From Stramenopiles sp. TOSAG23-2 (Eukaryota), in assembly GCA_900128395.1 (NCBI GenBank), contig LT649267.1:1-51165 (forward strand): a DNA stretch of 51,165 nucleotides, read 5' to 3'. The notes beneath the pieces were generated by a model. That model had not been told where the DNA came from and made no database searches. It was given only the letters and a program-made list of their open reading frames with translations. The number at the start of each line of letters is the position of its first letter. Positions within the stretch are counted from its first letter, which is position 1. Below, in pieces: positions 10,590 to 21,000 of the stretch. The position numbers were made by a program, and so were the translations under genes.

Positions 10590-11507
10590 ATGTCTTCCAT
10601 TACCGCAAAAAAGAAAAGAACCACCAAACCGAAGACTTTTTCCTCTCAATCAAAATGCAATTTTTATCCACTTTTAAATACAGATGGTACACCATCTTGG
10701 CCAACAAACCATTTAAAGAAATTTAATAAAGAATCAAAATCGTCCAATAATTGTAGCAAAAAAGTAGCAGTTCTAGTTCAGACTGGTGCATATTCACCTA
10801 TTCATTTGGGCCATGTTCAAGTTATGGAAAAGGCAAAAATCACGTTGGAAACTTATGGCTGGAATGTTCTTGGTGGTTGGTTGTCACCAAGTCACGATTA
10901 TTATGTTGGACCAAAAGCAAGACAATTTAAGACACCCTTTGTAAATGCAGAGCATAGAGTAAAAATGGTAGAGTTAGCTACAAGTGAATATGATTGGTTA
11001 GCAGTAGGTACATGGGAAGCTCGGCGTGAATCCAGTTGGCCGGATTTTCCAATAGTATGTCGTAATTTATCAAGTCATTTAAACACATTATTAAGTGATT
11101 TATCATTACCAAATGTGACAGTATTTTATGTATGTGGTTCAGATCATGCATTAAAATGTGGCTTAAAAGGCTGGAAAAACAATGAATTAGGTTTAGTTGT
11201 TGTAGCAAGAAATGGTAAATCAATTAAAAATAAAACAGATCCAGAGAAATATGTATACTGGTGTGAAAGTGATGGCCAATTATCAAGTGCATCATCCACT
11301 AAATTACGACATGCCATTCAAAAAAATAATATAAAAGATTTATCGTTATTAACGAACCCTTCTGTAATTGATTATATGATTGAACATAATTTATATGGTG
11401 CATCATCCATGAGAACAATTGCAACAACAACATCAACGATGATGACGACGAGAACAACAACAACGGATGAGCCATCAACAACAACAACAACTGTTTCCGA
11501 CGTGTAA
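10590..11507 (+). CDS. NMNAT: Nicotinamide/nicotinate mononucleotide adenylyltransferase-like protein (cytidylyltransferase superfamily)
   Basis: GAYSPIHLGH (GxxxPxHxGH), GGWLSPSHDYY, HRVKMVELA, VGTWEA, YVCGSDH and SASSTKLR (ISST-like), in eukaryotic NMNAT order. Confidence 0.88.
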   Translation: MSSITAKKKRTTKPKTFSSQSKCNFYPLLNTDGTPSWPTNHLKKFNKESKSSNNCSKKVAVLVQTGAYSPIHLGHVQVMEKAKITLETYGWNVLGGWLSPSHDYYVGPKARQFKTPFVNAEHRVKMVELATSEYDWLAVGTWEARRESSWPDFPIVCRNLSSHLNTLLSDLSLPNVTVFYVCGSDHALKCGLKGWKNNELGLVVVARNGKSIKNKTDPEKYVYWCESDGQLSSASSTKLRHAIQKNNIKDLSLLTNPSVIDYMIEHNLYGASSMRTIATTTSTMMTTRTTTTDEPSTTTTTVSDV

Positions 11508-11626
11508 ATAAAAAATAAAGACTTTTTTTTTTATAAAAATATAATAAATATTTTTTTCCTTTTTTCAATTTTTTAAGGATACCTTAGGCCGGCTATCCAG
11601 GCTATCAATTTCACTAATTTACTTGG

Positions 11627-11635
11627 TACCAGGTA
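11627..11635. promoter_or_regulatory. Recurrent intergenic palindrome TACCWGGTA, copy 3 of 4
   Basis: TACCAGGTA ~260 bp upstream of the ARH-NRK gene. Function inferred. Confidence 0.35.
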
Positions 11636-11896
11636 TATTATACTTGGAAGGGGAATTAGAATAAGATATAAATACACCCATCGATGTTGTTGGACAGACG
11701 GACGACAGACAGTCTTATATATCGATTTATATCTATATATAAAACTAAATAAGAAATGAAATACACACAGATAGAAAGTTGTAAGTTATATAAATATATA
11801 TATATACTATATTCATTATCATTTAATTGACGTACAAGTATATGATCATCATCATTATAAACTGTAATAAGCCCACGGAAAAAATTAATTTAAATC

Positions 11897-14419
11897 ATGT
11901 ATGTTTGGATCAATGTACCAGAACCAATACCAACTATATTAAATGAGTGTAAATATATGGTCAATCCAACCGTACCTGCTGATAATATTATTGATAACAA
12001 TGTTGAAAAGGACAACGATACAATAATTAACGTTATTTTGAACACATCGTCGTCTTCTATAAATGTAATTTCACAAACATATATTGACAATGCCAAAAAT
12101 ATTTACAAATATGATTTTTCTTCAAAATCAATGGAATCTATTATATTAGATGTTTCACAGATATCAAATACAACTATTACAAATCAACGTGTTAATTTTT
12201 TAGCCAACTTACCTTCTTTGGATTTATTTCAAGGTAGTATTATAGGTGTTGCCGTTGGAGATACAATAGGTCTTGGTGTTGAAGGTTTACCCAGAGATCA
12301 ATGTTTTGATTACGTTTCAAATTTGAGAAATAATTTAAAGAGCATGACATATCCATGGAAAAAAGTACTTGATTATTTTAATAGTAGAGGCAAAGAGGAA
12401 TCGGCAAAAACAATTGAGGAGATTATTGGCAGAAGGTTTACTGTGGGTCAAGTTTCAGATGATACACAATGTAGCCTTGCCTTAATTGAAAGTATTGTTA
12501 ATGCAAATGGTTTTTCCGCACAAGCATTTTCGGATTCATTAGTTAATTTACATATTAATCCAGGCATCGTTGGTCAAGGTGGAACATCAAAAGCAACATT
12601 AGATGAACTTGCGACAAAAAAATTATCTTGGTTAAATGCATGTTTCGCTAGTGGTAATTATGAAGAAATGTATGAAAAAAAAAGTTCAAATGGATCGGTA
12701 ATGCGAGTTGGTGCATTGGGTCTTTGGGGTTGGGCGGATCCTACCTCTGTAACCAATTTAGAAAATGCTGTATTGAGCAGCCATGTAACACATTCACATC
12801 CAGATTGTAAAATTGGCGCAACCATGTTGGTTATCGCAGTTGCCAGTGCAGTACATGCAAGAGCCGTAGGAAAAGATGATCCAGCGGAATTTATCATTAA
12901 AAATCTTGAGATGTTTGACCAGCAAATAGGGCAGGTGTTACGTATGATGAATGATTCAAAAGATTGGGAAGCAGCAGCAAATGTTTTACATCAAGAATTG
13001 CCATTGCCAGATAACCAAAGAAGCGATTTTTACAAAAAGAAAGAAATATGCCCGTACCCACAGCATACTGCAGCTTGGGCAATATATTCTTTTTTATCAA
13101 ATACAAATGATTTTTGGGAAGCAATTTTTTGTTCAATGCAAGTTGGTGGAGATACTGATACGTGCGCTGCTTGTTGTGGTGCAATAGCAGGCGCTTACAG
13201 CGGTTTGGATCTAATTATTAAAGGAAGAGAAGACTCGAAATACGTGTTAAATGCTTTACATGATGAGACACAAATGAAGAAAATTAGTTTTAGTGCATTA
13301 AAATCAGTTGGTGAACAATTACACAATACATGCACACGCCTAACCTTTAACGGTGCTTCTGTTCCATCAAAGCAGGGAGAAAGTTCAAACAAAGAAATTG
13401 CATTGTACATACATAATTCTGGATTGATATCCAATGAAGTTGTAAATTCAAATAAATATCGAATTATAAAAGATGCAAATGACTTTTCAAATTATGAAGA
13501 TGAATGTAAAAGTACTGGAAAATCACCTGTTTTAATCATCGAAAGTGTCAGCGTTTCAAACAATATACTAGGCCCTAATGATATACAAGAATCAATATTA
13601 TTTATACGGAAATGTGTAGATTGGGCAACAGTAATTGTATATGGCAGGGCTACCATCATGAATAATTTAAGTCACCATTCATTTTATCATGATAATTGTC
13701 GCTGTGTTGCATTAACATTACACGATGCATTGGAAGCAGCAGAAAGATTAAGTATGCCATCGCTAAATAGTGTAAACAACACGCAAACTAATAGTATCGG
13801 TGTGCAAGTCATTGGAATAAGTGGTTGTAGCCGTTCTGGAAAATCTACACTGACAAAGAACTTAATTGAAGTATATAAAAATGGTAATAATATTTGGACA
13901 GTAATGGGTGATACATATTTTCGTATGAATTGGTTGAGCGGTGGATATAGAATGTTTCACACTAAATATGATTACAAAAAATATACACTTGGGAAATATA
14001 GGCATGGTCCATGGGATAGCCCAGGTGCGTATGATCATGTAAAACTTTTAAATCAAACAAGAATAATCATAAAAGAAGCTGAAGCAGTATATCGAAATAC
14101 AGGCATAGAACAATATGTTATTATTGAAGGATTTACATTATTTGTCGATCCATTGATATATAATTTGTTTGATACACATCTGTATATTGAATTACAATTT
14201 GCTGACGCACGAAAACGTAGAATGGCAACTACACCATTGCCACCAGTATATTATGATACATTTTTATGGCCAAGACAATTAAAATACCATGACAATACAT
14301 TGCATAAATCAAATTACGACGAACTAATATATTTGGATGGCGCAGATCCAGAAAAAGTTCTTTTAAAAAAAGCAGTTGATGCAATTGGTCAAGGGCAGAA
14401 CAACGGTAGCCGTTTGTGA
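11897..14419 (+). CDS. Fusion protein (840 aa): ADP-ribosylglycohydrolase (ARH/DraG) + unknown alpha/beta domain + nicotinamide riboside kinase-like P-loop domain
   Basis: ARH motifs GVAVGDTIG, SDDTQ, SNGSVMR, SHVTHSHP, GGDTDT..A..GAIAGA (~12221-13215). NRK motifs VIGISGCSRSGKSTL, GDTYF, WDSPGA, IIEGFTLF, RKRR, YYDTFLWP, IYLDG (~13802-14400). Confidence 0.88.
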   Translation: MYVWINVPEPIPTILNECKYMVNPTVPADNIIDNNVEKDNDTIINVILNTSSSSINVISQTYIDNAKNIYKYDFSSKSMESIILDVSQISNTTITNQRVNFLANLPSLDLFQGSIIGVAVGDTIGLGVEGLPRDQCFDYVSNLRNNLKSMTYPWKKVLDYFNSRGKEESAKTIEEIIGRRFTVGQVSDDTQCSLALIESIVNANGFSAQAFSDSLVNLHINPGIVGQGGTSKATLDELATKKLSWLNACFASGNYEEMYEKKSSNGSVMRVGALGLWGWADPTSVTNLENAVLSSHVTHSHPDCKIGATMLVIAVASAVHARAVGKDDPAEFIIKNLEMFDQQIGQVLRMMNDSKDWEAAANVLHQELPLPDNQRSDFYKKKEICPYPQHTAAWAIYSFLSNTNDFWEAIFCSMQVGGDTDTCAACCGAIAGAYSGLDLIIKGREDSKYVLNALHDETQMKKISFSALKSVGEQLHNTCTRLTFNGASVPSKQGESSNKEIALYIHNSGLISNEVVNSNKYRIIKDANDFSNYEDECKSTGKSPVLIIESVSVSNNILGPNDIQESILFIRKCVDWATVIVYGRATIMNNLSHHSFYHDNCRCVALTLHDALEAAERLSMPSLNSVNNTQTNSIGVQVIGISGCSRSGKSTLTKNLIEVYKNGNNIWTVMGDTYFRMNWLSGGYRMFHTKYDYKKYTLGKYRHGPWDSPGAYDHVKLLNQTRIIIKEAEAVYRNTGIEQYVIIEGFTLFVDPLIYNLFDTHLYIELQFADARKRRMATTPLPPVYYDTFLWPRQLKYHDNTLHKSNYDELIYLDGADPEKVLLKKAVDAIGQGQNNGSRL

Positions 14420-15263
14420 TAGATTTGTTTTGGTTCGTGCGCAAAAAAATATGAATTTTAACAAAAAAAAAATATTTTAATATATTTATATAAAAAAACA
14501 TTTTTATGTACGTAATCAATATATAAGATTTGTTTTTTTAGTTTTTTTTTACACCTAACGACACACCTTTCACATATTGAAATGCTTTACTTGGTATACA
14601 TTGTACATATTTCATTTTAAAAACGGTTTGGATAATACACCCCCTGTTACGACTGGTTCGTCATCCATGCAGGCTTATTGTCTCTCCTCCCTTGTTGTTG
14701 TTGTTGTGAATTGCCCCAACTTTGTTGTTGTGGTGGATTGTTACCCCATGATGGTTGACCATTGAGACGAACTAATATATTTGGATGGCGCAGATCCAGA
14801 AAAAGTTCTTTTAAAAAAAGCAGTTGATGCAATTGGTCAAGGGCAGAACAACGGTAGCCGTTTGTGATAGATTTGTTTTGGTTCGTGCGCAAAAAAATAT
14901 GAATTTTAACAAAAAAAAAATATTTTAATATATTTATATAAAAAAACATTTTTATGTACGTAATCAATATATAAGATTTGTTTTTTTAGTTTTTTTTTAC
15001 ACCTAACGACACACCTTTCACATATTGAAATGCTTTACTTGGTATACATTGTACATATTTCATTTTAAAAACGGTTTGGATAATACACCCCCTGTTACGA
15101 CTGGTTCGTCATCCATGCAGGCTTATTGTCTCTCCTCCCTTGTTGTTGTTGTGAATTGCCCCAACTTCGTTGTTGTGGTGGATTGCCCCAACTTTGTTGT
15201 TGTTGTGAATTGCCCCAACTTTGTTGTTGTGGTGGATTGTTACCCCATGATGGTTGACCATTG
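14318..15263. repeat. Tandem duplication of the convergent 3' ends of the ARH-NRK and SPT6 genes (14318-14764 and 14766-15263)
   Basis: Near-identical copies with starts 448 bp apart. They differ in the number of SWGN-coding units (2 vs 4) and in the length of a Q run. Possibly two haplotypes assembled in tandem. Confidence 0.9.
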
Positions 15264-18200
15264 TTACTTTGCTGTTGAAAGCCACCACCACCACCACCAC
15301 CACCACCGTCATTTGTAGATTGATTAAGGTAACGATCATTCCAATCATTTCCACCTTGTGGTGCTCCACCATAGGCATTTCCACCACCATAATTTCCCTG
15401 GTTTCCACCACCATAATTTCCCTGGTTTCCACCACCATAATTTCCCTGGTTTCCACCACCATAATTTCCCTGGTTTCCACCACCATAATTTCCCTGGTTT
15501 CCACTACCATAATTTCCCTGGTTTCCACCGCCGGTATTGTAACCACCAGCAAAAATTTGCTGCTGCTGCTGCTTCATTTTCGCTAACCTTCTGTTTTCCA
15601 GTTTGTCGGCGTGCGCTTTTTTCAAAGCCTCGGTCGCCGCTTTCTTCTTTTTCTCATAATCACCTCTATCCCTTTCCAACGTGCCTTTTTGCATTGCTCT
15701 TTTAAAATAACCGATCATATTTTTCACTTCTGGATATTCTTTTCCAAATAATTTATAACCATCAGGTGTAATACGAAATGGAAGATTTTTGCTGAAACTT
15801 TGCGTATGAATAATTTCAAAGAAACCAGGATGCTTGTTCATTGCGCGTATAATATAATGTTTCCTTTTTGGATTTTCTTTATGACACTCTCGTAAATAAG
15901 ACAAAGCTGAATGCCTATCTCCTTCTTTGTACTTTTCATGTCTTTGTAGCATATTTACATTATCAGATACAGGAACATAGTACCTATCTAAAAGTTCATC
16001 GATTTCACTATATTCCTCATCCCATCCAACCACGACTAGAATCTTTTCTCCAGTGTTAGACGTTTTTTGCTCTATCTCATTATGAGCATAAATATTTTCA
16101 GCAACTTTCCACGTTAATGTTAAAAATCGTTTACCTTTACTACTTGGTCTTAAAATCTTCTCACCGACGGGCTTCTCTTCCAAATATTTTTCAGCTTCAT
16201 CACCTCCTTCAAGATTTTTAAATGCCTCATGTGCAATTTGGCGGCGGATATATCGAGTCTTCCCTTTCTTGCTTTGTGCCTCTTTTAGCTTATCCCTTTC
16301 CTCTTTCAATTCTGTTGGCATCGGTGGAGCTAACAGTTCAATGTTCGTGCCATAGTCTACAATCCCAGCCCAATTCATTTTGATCGTTTCAAACGTATAT
16401 AAAGGATACAATAATGGAGGTTGAAAAGATCCTTTTGCTACAAATTCTCCAAAACCAAAGCGATCATACTTCAACTCCTTTACAATCACTTCAATAATTT
16501 CATCTTCTCTAACTTTATCGTTTAAACCATTTACCCATCCAGATATGCCACATTCTAACCGAACTTTAACTTTATCACCATAACTATCGCCACTACTTTC
16601 AACGCTTACTACTTTTGCATGTAGCTCTTTACCTTGCCTTAATGTTTTTGCCGTCATGCCAGTGTATAGATAAAAATTTTCAAGTGGACTTAATTGCTTA
16701 AATTTTATCTGTCGATTTTCAGGCACACGCCTTTTTAATTCGTCCAAAATATACTCGACGGATTTCTCTGGACAGTAATCCAGTCCTTTGTCAATTTGGA
16801 ATTTATCGGCAGTTTGTTTAGCATTGACTCTCATCAAATTACCCTGATGACGTTTCAACGTTTCGTTATCTTGCCTATCTTGAATCACACCATCAGCATT
16901 TAAAGCTTTGTTAGGATCCAATAACATTGAACGAACAAGGTGAGTCAATTCCACTACACTCATATCTTTTAAATCACCACTTTTTTCACAAGCGGTTGCA
17001 ATAATTAATTTCGTATCATTGTAATCTGCTGGATGAATTCTCGTTACATCTAATGGCTCGGGATATTTCTTTTCGGAATCTCCACCGTAATCAGCTTGGC
17101 GTTCTTGCGTTTGGCTATACGGATCGATGGAACCAATTCGCAAGTAACCAGCAGCGTTGGTATATACATTTGTTTTCAATAGACCACCATTTTCTTCCAA
17201 TAGAAGAGATCTACTTCTTAAATAAATATTAGCATTAAATGCATCTTCTGCCTCGTCGTCATCCTGATATGCTTGATTGCTATTAGCATTAGCATATGTT
17301 CCTGAAGTAGCTTTGGCTAATCTAGGAAGAATTTTTTTCAATGCGATTGCTTTCCGTTCACCAAGACCAGGAACAAATCTCAATGTTTCCCCCCAATGAG
17401 GAGAATCGATTGAACGGTTTAAATCTACTCCAGTAATCGCCGTTGCTTTCAAAAACTCACGCTCTAGGTGAGATACTAAAATTTCTTTAGATACTTCCGA
17501 TTGAAAAGGATGGAGCTGTAACATCAACACCGAGCCACCAGGAGTCTCCGAACAGTTGACGGAGTGCGACCCTCTCTTATTTGCTTGTACTACCCATGGT
17601 TCTTCCCATAATGCAGCATAAAATGTAAGAGGATCGATTGTTAGCCTACCGATTGCAATAGCTGCTATTGCGTTGATGTGGAATTCTTTGATATCATCAC
17701 CGATTGTCTCGCGTTTTGCATACAGCAAAGCAGCCTCATTACTAACTGTCATAACTTTGAAAAAATAATTGTAATCGTATTGAGATGCATTAGGATCTCT
17801 TTCATCGGGTGGGCCAGGTACATTCGCTAATTGGCACATTTTTTGCTCTTGTGCCGCTGTTGATCGTATNTGAGGAGATGCATTAGGATCTCTTTCATCG
17901 GGTGGGCCAGGTACATTCGCTAATTGGCACATTTTTTGCTCTTGTGCCGCTGTTGCATCTGAGACCATTTCAAACATCCTTCGACTATCAAATCCCCCAC
18001 TTGAGCTAACCAAGCATATCCTTGGCAAATGAATGCCAATAAATTCTGCAATCTGGTCTTTCATGTCTTCCCTCGTCATATTTGTCAATTTGGGTAAGAA
18101 CACATGGTCAATGCAATCGCCAAACTCATTCAATGCAACCGCCACATTGTTTTCCCCAGAATCAGAGATATAAAATACAGCACGCCGACCATTACTTTTG

Positions 18201-21000
18201 CTCTCTGCTAGTGGCCTATCATCATATTCACCACCTTGATCATCCATATTGTAACGGGGTACCCTAGCTTTCCGATTTGTATTTGCATGTTCATCTAAGT
18301 TGTGCTGATGAGGTTGTAGCAATGGTTTAGTCATAATTCTATAACCTAGTTCCTTTGCTGCCGTTTTTGCGACAAATTCAATAGCAGCCTTATATGTCTC
18401 GCGTTGCAGTTCTCTAAGAGCCAATTGGATATTTTTTGTAAATGCGACCTTAATTGCAAGGCATCGTGTTCTATTAACAAGGTCATTAATTTGGGTACCG
18501 TTGTTTTTCCATGCATCTGTAATTTGTTCCCCAGCCAACTCCAAATCTGCAAATGTGTCTGTCACCATATAGTCGCAAAGTTGACAATATACTTCTTCTT
18601 TCTCCTCCTCGTTAACGGTGACCAATTTTTTTATGAATCCTTCTCTTGAAGCTCGCTCAATAAGTAGATATGCTTCATAACCACATAATGCTTTAACATC
18701 CGATGGAAAATCATACACCCCCCCAGTTGAATTACTCGTAAAATCACTAAGTTTTTTGCCTTGCACGTATTGAATCGGAATATAATCATGCCCTTTATCG
18801 ATTTCATTAAACATCGGCCAGCCCTTTTTCGTTGGTTCAGTAGATAATACAGCATGTTCTTCCACAAACTTTTTAACGAAAGATCGAAATTGCGGCTCGT
18901 TTTGTATTTCATAGGCTAGACTTTTTTGCAACGCTTTCCAAAGCTCTGCTTCCGCTTTTTCCCCTTTAAAACGACCATTTCCCCAAACACGATGAGCTAC
19001 TTGCATATCAGAATTGGAACTTAATGGCACGTTCACCCTATGCTCTACATTGACATTTTCACCAAACTGAGTCGCTGTTAAACCACCAATTTCTCTTAAT
19101 AGAGGCAACATTCGTGCCTTTAATGCTTTAGCATAATCGTTTTTTCTTCCAGCACCACGTTTCTTTTTACTTTCAGTCGTCATCTCTGGAAACTGGATAC
19201 TAATCCAATTTTGAATATTTCTCAATTTTTCCTCATTAAAATCTTTCACTTCCTCGTACTTCTTGTCATCACATTTCTTCAACTCCGCTATGTATTTGTT
19301 CAAGATCTCCTCATTTTCTTTGCGTTGCAACTTTATACTTGCTTCAGAATTTAATTTCATCTGCTTTTCTCTCTCTTCATCTTCTGTTAAATCTATTGCC
19401 ATGGAATTTGCATCTGTAGTAGTAGTAGTTGTTGTTGTTGTTGTTGTAGTAGTAGTAGTAGTAAACGCGAACGCAATCGTGTCCAAGTAGTATCCAAATC
19501 ATATACTCGCCAAAGTCTTTCTTCATCAAGGTACATATGATTTTTGTATAAAAAATGATCACGTCGATAATTCCAAATAAATGGAATTTCATATTGATAT
19601 TCTTTGTCGTATACAAAGCTTAAAACTTTTTGTATACAGCTGATAGTTACACGCTTGGTTTCAGTATTGTCTGCAAGTTCCCCCAGTGAACCTTCTTCTT
19701 TCATTTTGTAAAATATCCAATTTGCCTCCAATGAACGCTCAGTTTTAACTTCATCAACATCATCCCAATCAATATTCGTTCTTCCCTTTCTCAAATTTCT
19801 TATGTAAAGTCTTTCTGGCTTATCCGCTCGTCGTATTCTATCATCAAATTCTGTTACAAAATGTTTCGCACGTTCACTTGGCTCATATTGTTCTCTTAGC
19901 AAGGCTAATTGTTTTGAAATATCATCACGGCCTGTATCCAAATTAAAATCAGTTTGATCTTCATCTATGATTTGTTCCTGATCTACTTTTGGATCGTATA
20001 AACCTTTTGCAGCTTTTATTGCACGTAACCATGGCTCTTCATCCATAATAAAAAGTTCATGCATTAATTTTAAATTCTTCCATTCATCGTCAGTATACTT
20101 GTTAGTTGCATCTTGCTCATCATCTTCTTCACTACTAGAACCACCAGAACTGCTTTCATCATCAGATGCTATAAAATCTTGCATTTCTTCATCAACATTG
20201 CTGCGTTTCTTTTTCTTTTTCTTTTTCTTCTTAGTTTCTTCTTGCACTACGGGTGGTAGGTCCTCACCTCGTTCTGCAGCTTCATTTTCTTTTACCAAAG
20301 CAAGGTCATCTTCATCTGCTTCATATTCCCTTCTTCTTTTCTTTAAACGCTTTAATTGTGGTTCATCATCATCTGAATCAGAATCATCACTATCGTCATC
20401 CGAATCTGAAGCAGAGTCATCTTCCCGTTGTTTTCTTTTTTTTGAAGTTTTATTCCTATTTTCTGACACTATGAAACCTTTCATTTCTTTATAAATCCCA
20501 TCCTTTCCTTTTGCTTCGTCTTCTTCCTCTTCACTATCCCCGTCGTTATCTTCATCTTCATCTGAAGCTTCATCATCAAATAGACTTGATACTTTGGCGC
20601 GTGGTTTAGATTTCGCAACTTCTCCTTCATCATCATCATCATCAGAGTCGGAAGCAGAGTCACCAACATCGTCATGCACATTTTTTTCACTATTGTTATT
20701 ATTATTATTATCACTATCATTATTATTATTATTATTGTTATTATTATTGTTATTATTATTATTACTATCGCCGTCATCATCATCATCATCATCTGATGCA
20801 GAGTCATCAATATCCATGGCGGTTGATTCACTGACTTTTTTCGTATCATCTTGAGCTACTCCCAAATTCCCCCCCCCATCACTTCCCGTAGTCGTCTTTA
20901 CCTCCCCTCCTTCGACAGTATTTGTTGTTTGATCCTTCTCTTGATCATCATCCTTTTCAACGACAGCAGCAGCAGTAGTTTCAGTCGTTGGATTATCCAT
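15095..21000 (-). CDS. SPT6: Transcription elongation factor / histone chaperone SPT6, split into two frames at a microsatellite (~19414-19466)
   Basis: Acidic N-terminus (SLFDDEASDED, MKGFIV), D.PERL, YEIPFIWNYRRDH, YqgF-like region, HhH (LRFVPGLGERKA), PLDVTRIHP, S1 (VRLECGISGWV), tandem SH2 (ILRPSSKG..LTLTWKV), G/N/Q-rich tail. Joins ORFs 19393-21000 and 15095-19486. Confidence 0.93.
15378..15532 (-). repeat. 24-nt coding minisatellite, (GGGNQGNY) x6, in the SPT6 tail
   Basis: TTTCCACCACCATAATTTCCCTGG units on the + strand. Confidence 0.92.
17782..17955. other. 81-bp duplication flanking a single N inside SPT6 (scaffold-join artefact)
   Basis: 17782-17862 equals 17875-17955; the spacer ATCGTATnTGAG copies sequence just left of the first copy. 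Confidence 0.85.
19414..19466 (-). repeat. (CTA)n(CAA)n(CTA)n microsatellite at the SPT6 frame break; candidate 53-nt GT-AG intron
   Basis: Minus strand reads C|GTTTACTACTA...CTACTACAG|AT; removing it joins the two SPT6 frames. Confidence 0.6.

Noticed and set aside
10590-14419. NMNAT and ARH-NRK spliced into a single gene
   Set aside because: NMNAT ends in a low-complexity tail, a stop and an A/T-rich 3' region, and the spacer holds promoter-like motifs. No convincing splice pair was seen, though cDNA is needed to exclude it.
17782-17955. Internal peptide duplication in SPT6
   Set aside because: An exact copy around an N is a scaffold-join artefact.
15095-21000. SPT6 as a pseudogene or as two genes
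   Set aside because: All domains are otherwise intact and the only break is at a microsatellite.
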